Source: a virus
Strand: one strand, 5' to 3'
IMG/VR virus record: IMGVR_UViG_3300031416_000008
Location: 1 to 59,302 of that record
DNA: 59,302 nucleotides
Shown: positions 37,901-46,900 of the stretch, piece by piece
How the letters are laid out: the number at the start of each line of letters is the position of its first letter
Position numbering within the stretch: the stretch's first letter is position 1
Program-made: the position numbers and the translations under genes
The notes under the pieces: model-generated
Told to the model about the DNA's origin: nothing
What the model saw: the letters and a program-made list of their open reading frames with translations, nothing else
Databases searched by the model: none

Positions 37901-40900
37901 AAGGCAGCGAAATGAGCGTACCAGAAATGGGCCAGACCTCTTTGAGCGAGCAGATGACAAACGCAGTCCGGAAGGGCAGCAGGACAATGGACCTGTAGGC
38001 GAAAAGCCGCTTTCCGACTCCGTAAATCCCGAGAAACGTGTATCGCCGGACGATTCAGCAGCCACACCTGCACATAATCGTCCGGATGGGTTCACCATTA
38101 CGGATGAAGATGCAATCGGCGCTGGCGGACCAAAAACCAAGTTCCGCAATAACGTTGATGCCATCAAGCTTCTTCGAAAGCTCACAGAAGAAGGTCGGAC
38201 GGCGAGTCACGCAGAACAGAAGGTTCTTGCGAAATGGGTAGGCTGGGGCGGTTTGCAGCAAGCATTCGTGCGTCCGGACGGTTCCAAGGCCAAAGGCTGG
38301 GAAAAAGAAGCTGATAGTCTCAAGGAACTGCTCACGCCCGAAGAATACCGCGCGGCAGAAGCCTCAACCCGCAACGCCCATTACACCGCACCTGAAATCA
38401 CCAAAGCTATTTGGAAGGTTGCGCAGCGGCTTGGTTTCCGTGGTGGTCGCGTGCTTGAGCCTTCCGTTGGTTCAGGTAATTTCCTCGGACTGGCTCCGGG
38501 AGAACTGAAACACCGCGCGCAGTTTACCGGCGCGGAATTAGACCATATTACGGGTGGCATCGCGCAGCAGCTCTATCCGGCAGCTAACATCAAAGCTCCT
38601 GTGGGTTTTCAGGAGTTGCAGATCCCGGACAATTATTTTGAGTTGGCCGTTGGCAATCCGCCATTTGGCAGTGAACGCCTTTACGACGCGCAGCGCAAGG
38701 AAGCTGCGAAATTCTCCATACATAATTACTTCTTTGCAAAATCCGTCGACACATTGAAGCCGGGCGGAATTTTGTCGATGGTAATCACAAACTCATTCCT
38801 TGATGCGGCAAAGTCCGCAGCACGTCGATACATCGCGGAACGTGCCCGGCTCGTCGGTGCAATTCGTCTGCCGAACAACGCCTTCCTTGCGAACGCTGGA
38901 ACGGAAGTCACTACCGATATCGTCGTTCTTCAAAAATACCCAGAAGGCACTGCACAGGCGGACAAGGATTTCTCTTGGGTTGACGTCGGCAATTATCGTG
39001 ACGCGCAAGGGCGCGACACGCCGCTTAATCAGTATTTTGTCAGCAATCCCGATATGATGCTGGGCGACTTCGGCCGCTACGGCACAATGTATGGCCCAGA
39101 GCAGCCCGCGCTTATTTCGCGTAACGGCGATAATCTTTCGTCCCTGCTCGACAAGGCTATTAATTCGTTGCCGGCTGAAATTATGCCGACACGAACGATT
39201 GAGGAAATAACAGAGTCCGCGGTAAAGCGGGAACTCGATCCCGTCGCTGTGCCCGTCGGCTCTTTTGTTACCGACGCGGATGGGAATATTTCGGTGCGAG
39301 CCCCAGACCTGTTGGGGGAAACACGCGTTATCCCGCGTGCTGATATTACCGGTAAAGATAAGCAGCGCATTTCCGGACTTGTGGCGCTTCGCGACATATT
39401 CACCAACTTGCGCCGCGCTCAGATCGATCCGAACAGCACTGACGCTCAGTTGAATGCGCAGCGCCAATCGCTGAACGAAGCCTATGATGCTCTGACGAAA
39501 GAGTTTGGCCCGATAAACAGCGAAATGAACCGCCGGGCATTTCAAGATGATCCAACATGGCCGCAAGTTTCGGCGTTGGAAATTTCCTATGACAAAGGCC
39601 TCACACGTGAAGCCGCTAAAAAGACTGGCGAAACACCACGTAAACCGAGCGCGGTAAAGGCTCCAATATTTGAGCGCCGCACGCAAGAACCATACAGCCG
39701 TCCGCAGACTGCAAACACCGCAAAAGACGCGCTTGCTATTGCTATGTCGGAATCGGGCTTTGTGGACATGGCTCGCGTTCTTGATCTTTACCGCAAGCCT
39801 GTTTCAGAAGTTGTCGCAGAGCTCGGCGATCAAATCTACATGGCACCGGATGGCGGATTTCAAACCGCCGATATTTATCTATCCGGAAATGTGAAACAGA
39901 AGCTCGCCCGCGCCGAAGAAGCAGCAAAGCTTGATCCAGCCTTTGAGCGAAACGTTTTGGCGCTCCGTGACAAAATTCCGGCCGACATTGATCCAGTTGA
40001 TATCGATGTAAAGGCTGGCGCACCTTGGATACCGGGTTCCGATATCGCTGATTTTATCCGCGATACGCTTGAGACAAGTCATGCCAGGGCAATTTATTCC
40101 CGTGGAACGGCTCGTTGGGAGCTAGATGCGGGACGAGCAAGCGACGTTGCACAGGCGAGGTGGGGAACACCTGATGCATCTGCACGTCAGGTTGTTGAAG
40201 CGGCCCTGAATGCGCGCACAATAACAATCAGCCATAAAAATGCAGACGGTTCCGTCACGGTAGACGAAGCCGCGACTGACGCTGCAAATCAGAAGGTGGA
40301 AGCGGTTAAAAACGAGTGGAAACGCTGGATTTGGGACAACGATGCCCGCCGCGAAAAGCTTTCCCGTCTCTACAACGATACGTACAACACCCACGTCGAT
40401 ACCGTCTATGATGGTTCGCATTTGATTTTGCCAGGCAAAGTCAGCGATGACGTTGTTGAATTACGTCCGCATCAGAAATCATTTATCTGGCGCGTTTTGC
40501 AGTCGTCGACCACTCTTGCCGACCATACAGTCGGTGCCGGTAAAACGTTCGCGGCGATCGGTGCGGTTATGGAACTTCGCCGCACCGGGCAGGCAAAAAA
40601 ACCGATGGTCGTCGTGCCTAACCATCTTGTGCAACAGTGGTCAGCTGATTTTATCAAGTTGTATCCGGGCGCAAATATTCTCGCGGCGACCAAGAAAGAT
40701 TTTGAAGCTGGCAACCGGAAGCGTTTCTTTGCGCGCGTCGCAGCAGGTGACTATGACGCCGTTGTGGTTGCACATTCGTCTTTCGGGCTCATCGGTGTTG
40801 ATCCGATGTTTGAGCGCGACTTCCTGCAAATGCAGGTGGCCGATATTGAAGACTCCATTCGCACGCTTGAGGAAGCGGAAGGCAAATCCAGCCGTAGCGT

Positions 40901-43900
40901 AAAGCAAATGGCAAAGCAGCGGGAAACCATTCAGACCCGTATGCAGAAGCTTCTGGATGCTGGAAGCAAAGACACCGGGATGACGTTTGAAGAAATGGGC
41001 GTAGACGCTCTTTTCGTGGACGAAGCCCATGAATTTAAAAATCTCGGTTTCTCAACATCGATGACGCGTGTTGCCGGGCTCGGTAACAAAGACGGCTCGA
41101 AAAAAGCCGCTGACCTGTTCATGAAAATTCAAAGCGTCATGAAGCGCACCGGCGGACGAAATGTCGTGTTCCTGACAGGAACACCGATATCGAACACAAT
41201 GGCCGAGCTCTACACGATGCAGCGCTATCTTGCCTATGATGCGTTGAAAGCGCAGGGCGTGGCGCATTTTGATGCTTGGGCGCGGGTATTCGGCGAAGTC
41301 GTAACAGACTTTGAACTGTCGGCTTCTGGTAAATACAAGCTCACTACGCGTTTCTCGCGCTTTGTGAACATGCCAGAGCTCGTAACGCAGTATCGCGTGT
41401 TTGCAGACACCATCACAAACGATGATATCCGCAGGCAACTTGCCGAGCGCGGTAAAACCCTTCCTCTGCCACGGGTCAAGGGTGACAAGCCTACCGCGAA
41501 CGTCGTTGAACCATCTGAATACCAGACCGACTTTATCGGCAATCCAACCGTGGATGAAAACGGGATCGAGCACTATCCGAGTGGCTCGATTGTCTGGCGC
41601 TCTGAAAATCTGCCTAAGAAGGCGGAGAAGGGCGCGGATAACATGCTCAAAGTCACTTCTGATGCCCGTAAGGCGGCGCTCGATATGCGTCTGATTGATC
41701 CTGAATATCCGGACTTTGCGGGTTCGAAGGTTCACAAAGCCGCAGACAATATCAAAAGCATTTATGACCGCTGGCACAATCAGAAAGGCACCCAGCTGGT
41801 ATTCATCGACCTATCCACCCCAAAAAAGGCGGTGGCCAAGGCACGCGCAGAATTGCTTGAGCTCCAGCGCAAAGCGGATGCCGGCGACGAAGCGGCACAG
41901 ACGAAGCTGGATAACATCAGCCTGGACGAAATTGCAGCGTTGGAATCGTCATTCTCCGTCTACGACGATCTAAAGGCAAAATTGATATCGCGTGGTGTTC
42001 CTGAAAAGGAAATCGCCTTCATTCACGATGCCAATACCGACCTGCAAAAGCAGGAGCTTTTCGGGAAAGTTCGTTCCGGACAGGTTCGTGTGTTGTTCGG
42101 CTCGACGCCAAAGATGGGCGCTGGAACAAACGTTCAGAACCGTCTTGTTGGACTTCATCATCTGGATGCACCGTGGCGCCCAAGCGACCTTGAACAGCGT
42201 GAAGGCCGCATCATCCGTCAAGGCAATGAATTATATGCTCTCGATCCGGACGGTTTCGAGGTTGAAATTCACCGCTACGCCACCAAGCGGACGCTGGACG
42301 CCAAACAGTGGCAGACGATCGAGCAAAAAGCACGTTTCATTGGTCAATTCCGCGCCGGAAATGTGAAAGAGCGCGCCGTAGAGGATATCGGAGGAGAGGC
42401 GGCAAACTCTGCCGAGATGAAAGCTGCAGCTTCTGGCAATCCGCTCATCCTGGAGGAGATGGAGCTCCGCCGCAAGGTGAAGCGTCTCGAAAACGAGAGC
42501 AGGGAACACGAACGCGGGCAACACTCGACGTCTCGCAATATTCGCGAGCTCGAAAATGAGCAGACGGAAATCAACGAGCGTTCCGAGGCGTTGGCACAAG
42601 ACGCAGATGCAGCGAAAAAATACCTTGCTGGTGAGTTTTCTGCCACGATCAATGGAAAGAGTTTCGAGAAGGCTGGCGATGCCGGCGCAGAAATTCTTGA
42701 TGTTGCACGCGATATGATTACCAGTGGCGCAACAAGTCGCGCTGTGGGCTCCGTTGGCCCGTTCCGTGTAACGCTGCAAAAAGGTTTGGCATCCTCTTTC
42801 CAGATCACGCTCAAGGGTGCGCGGGAATACGACATAAGTTTGCCTGATGTCGGTGAGCTAACGCCTGTGGGCGCATTCATGCGCGTGATGACACCTATTA
42901 GAAATCTGCCTGAACGTCCGGCCTTTGATCAGGAACGGCTATCGACGATAGCGAAAACGCTACCACGACTGAAAGGCGAGCTTTCTGAATGGCAAGGCAG
43001 AGCGGAACTCGACGAGACGCGACAGAAGCACAATAATATCCTTGCCGCCTTGCGTCCTAAAAAGAAGGACGCGCCGACCGTTGAAATTGAAAAAGCCGCA
43101 GAACAGCCGAAAGCCTCAATCGTCGATCGCGAACCAGTAGCACGTTTGACAGGCGAAGAAGTTCTGCCTGGATTCACACCAGACAAAGACATGGGCGCAT
43201 TAATTCGGGCCGCGTCACGTTGGTATAGTGAAAACCTGCAAGGCACGACGACAAAAACCCGCGATGGGGTCACGGTTGATTTTATCCAGAAGGGTAGAGG
43301 CAAAACCACGTCGCGATCAAAAGGCGATAAACTTTTGCGCGCTATCCCTGCTATCCGGGATATTATCGAAAAGGGCGAAGTCGTTCATCGAGAAGCGGGT
43401 ACAAAGGCGAACGTCCTCAATCGAGTAATAATTGCAGCGCCCGTTGAACTGGCCGGTGAAACGCTTCATCTGGCTATTTCTCTGCACGAAACAAACGCAA
43501 AAACCTACCAGTATGACTTCACGTTCAACCGTGAGGCATATCAAGATAGTGATCGAGCTTCCGTTGGAAGTCTTGACGGAGAGACGTGGGTAAATCACGA
43601 AGGGCTTGCCACCCGCGAAGGCGCGCTACCTAGCTTAGAAGTGCCGCTGTCCGCCAAGACAGATATTAATCTAGTCGAATGGACGCCAAAAATCAATAAT
43701 TCTGAGTCCGACGCGCTCCGCACGGCATTGCAGCGTGGCGAATTTGGCACAGAGGTAAATCGCCTGCTCGATAATGGCGCGATCGAGATCGGCAATATTT
43801 CCGATGAAAACGTGCAAGCATGGACACGTCCTGACGGCACGATAGTCCTGAATAGTGCCGTTCTAGCGCCACAAAACGCCAACGCTGTGTTGCTCCACGA

Positions 43901-46900
43901 GGCGTTCCATTCGGGCACGAAGCGCCTTATTGGGACGCGCGCGTGGAATGCGCTTATCTCCGATCTTGGCGATATTCGTGATCGATTTGAGCGTTCGACG
44001 GGTAAAGCTCGTCAGTTCTTCGAGCGAGCATCGCAGCGTGTCAAAACGGCCGAAAACCGTACTGGCAAAAAAATGGACGATAGTTTGTCCGCAGAAGAAT
44101 TTGGCGCGTACGCGATTGAGGAATACGAAAACGCTCCCCGCACCATCAGAATGTGGGCCGACAAAATGGTCGGGGCAATGAAGGCTTGGGCTCTCCGTCG
44201 GTTTGGGAAGCAAATTGGTGAAGTCACGCCTGCACAGCTTCGCGCTCTTGCTGTTGCGGCTCTCAAATCTAGCACTACCGAGCCAAATGGCCCGCGCGGC
44301 GGCTCTGACCTCACGACAACCAATGACAAATATTCATTGGTCAAGTCGCCGAAGACAGAAGACGTGCGCAACGCGGTGGATTCCATGAAAGGAAGGCTGA
44401 CCGACCTTACCCCGCAAGCCTTGGCTCTGATCCCGCTCAATTATTTCACCGAGCTCGCACAGAAAGGTCATACGGCTATTGCCGATTACCTGACTGTGAA
44501 AAGGCAGCTCGACTCTTACCGTGGACGTCGGAATGAACAAGCCGATAAGATCGTGCAGCAATGGCGCAAATATAATCGGCTTGGCAAAGAGCGTGCGCAA
44601 GACATGGCCGATATCATGCATGAGGCGACGATTGCTGGATATGACCCGTCGATCGAGAACGACGCAGCTGATATCGCAAAAAATCGCTCCCTGCAGGCGA
44701 AGTATGACGCGTTGCCAGAAGCTGGAAAGCAGCTCTATGACACCGTGCGCAACAGCTATCTCGAACAATCGCGCGAGCTCGATGGCATAATTGTCGATAA
44801 TCTGAAAAAGGTCTTTCAGATAGCGCAGAACAAGGCCGAGCGGAAATACCGTAAGCAGCTTGAACAGCTCTCCAAACAGCGCATGGCCCCAGCCGATCGG
44901 AAAAAAGCCGAAGACGATGCACATGCAGCGTACGAGTCCACGACCATGAAGGCTAAATGGTCGATGAAAGCTCGTCTCACAAAAATGCGCCAGGCGCTCG
45001 AAAGCGACCGCTTGGATGGGCCATATTTCCCGCTTGCTCGCTTTGGCGACTATTTCGTCACAGTGAAAGATATCGACGGGCAGGTGATGCATTTCTCGCT
45101 GCATGAACGCAGTGCCGATCGGGACCGCGAAGCGGCTGATCTTCGCAAGCAGTATCCAAATGCTGATGTGATCGTTGGCATCAAGACAAACAGCGCGGAT
45201 CTTCGACAGGCGATGGACCCACGAGTAATTGCGGATATTCAGGCAATCATCGGTCAATCGAATATCGATAGTGACGTGGGCGCGGAAATGCTCGACCAAA
45301 TCTGGCAGCGGTATTTGCAAACAATGCCTGACATGTCGATCAGAAAGCGGCAAATTCACAGGAAGAAGACTGGCGGCTATACGTCGGACGCGTTGCGGGC
45401 CTACGCGTCTCATATGTTCCATGCCGCCCACCAGATGGGCCGACTTAAATATGGGGTGGAGCTTAATGAGCTCGTTAACACCGCTGCGGAACAATCGCAG
45501 GAAATGGCTAACCCGACGAAAGCGGGTATGCTGTCGAATGAATTGGGCAAACGCCATAAGTGGGTAATGAACCCAACAGGCTCGCGCTTTGCGCAGGCGA
45601 TCAACAGCACTGCATTCGTTTGGTATCTGGCAGCAACGCCCGCAGCCGCCCTTGTGAACCTGTCGCAAACGCCAATGCTGGGTATTCCTATTATGGGCGC
45701 CCGTTTCGGCACGGCCAAAGCTACAGCGGCGCTCTTGCGCGCGTCCGGCGACCTATTCCGGGGCAAGGGCAGCGTTCAGCACAAAAACCTCACAGCTGAT
45801 GAGCAATCAGCGCTTAATGACTTCTACGAGTCGGGCCTGATCGATCGCACACAGTCACACGACCTTGCCGGCGTTGGTGACACCGGTGTGAACTATTCTC
45901 CGTGGCGGGCATCTGTCATGGCGAAGATTTCATACCTCTTCCACAAAGCGGAAGTGATTAATCGCGAAGTCACAGCGCTGGCTGCATACCGTCTGGCGCG
46001 CGATAGCGGTATGCGGACAGGAAAAGCTGTTGAAGTCGCTCACGATCTTACGTGGAGAACGCATTTTGATTACTCGAATAGCAGCCGTCCACGCATCATG
46101 CAGAACGACTTCGCGAAGGTCGCGCTCGTTTTCCGCTCATATTCCGTGAATATGATTTATCGCATCACGCGTGACTTGCACCAATCAATGAAGGCAGAAA
46201 GCCCACAGGCGCGCAAGGAAGCGCTCTACCAGCTTTCCGGGGTATTGGGCATGATGAGCCTCATGAGCGGCGCCACGGGCGTATTTGGCTTCAATGCGGC
46301 TATGATGATCCTTGGTATGTTCTTCGGTGGCGATGACGATCCGTTCGATTTCGAGCAGAAAGTTGCAGCAGCTGTTGTCGATACTCTCGGACCGACAATG
46401 GGCGGCATGGTGCTCAAAGGCCCTCTCGGACATTTGGCTGGGATTGATCTTACCAACCGCATAGGCATGGCCGATATCTGGTTTAGATCGCCCAACCGCG
46501 ACCTGGACGGACAGGACGAGTTTCAATACTGGGTAATGAACTCTCTTGGTGCTTCCGTCAGTATGGCAGGCGATGCTTGGAAGGGTGCGAGCAGCATCCT
46601 GAAAGGCGATATCGCCCGTGGAACTGAATACCTGGTACCGAAGGCCATCCGAGATCCGATGAAGGCTTATCGCTATGGAAGCGAGGGTGTGAAATCGGCT
46701 CTCGGAGACGAAGTGATCCCTGTCGATAACATTTCATGGGGCGACGTGGTGCGTCAGGGCGTTGGCTTTACGCCGGCGAAAGTATCGGAAGCGTGGTCAC
46801 GCTCCAGTGCGCTGAAAAATGCAGAGAGCCGCATTAATGCCAAGCGTCGGCAGCTGATGAATGAATTTGCAACGGCCGTTGAAATGAAAGACGTTGAAAC

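Noticed and set aside
37900-37998. A programmed -1 frameshift could carry ribosomes from the embedded ORF back into the giant frame.
   Set aside because: I found no X-XXY-YYZ slippery heptamer and no obvious downstream pseudoknot before the TAG at 37996. It is kept only as a remote option in the finding.
44334-45668. 444-aa ORF on the - strand inside the giant gene. The same applies to 38793..39686, 41052..41777, 37412..38185 and 42231..42880.
   Set aside because: These are antisense shadow ORFs of a long G+C-biased coding region. Their products are Arg/Cys/His-rich with no motifs, SD or operon context.
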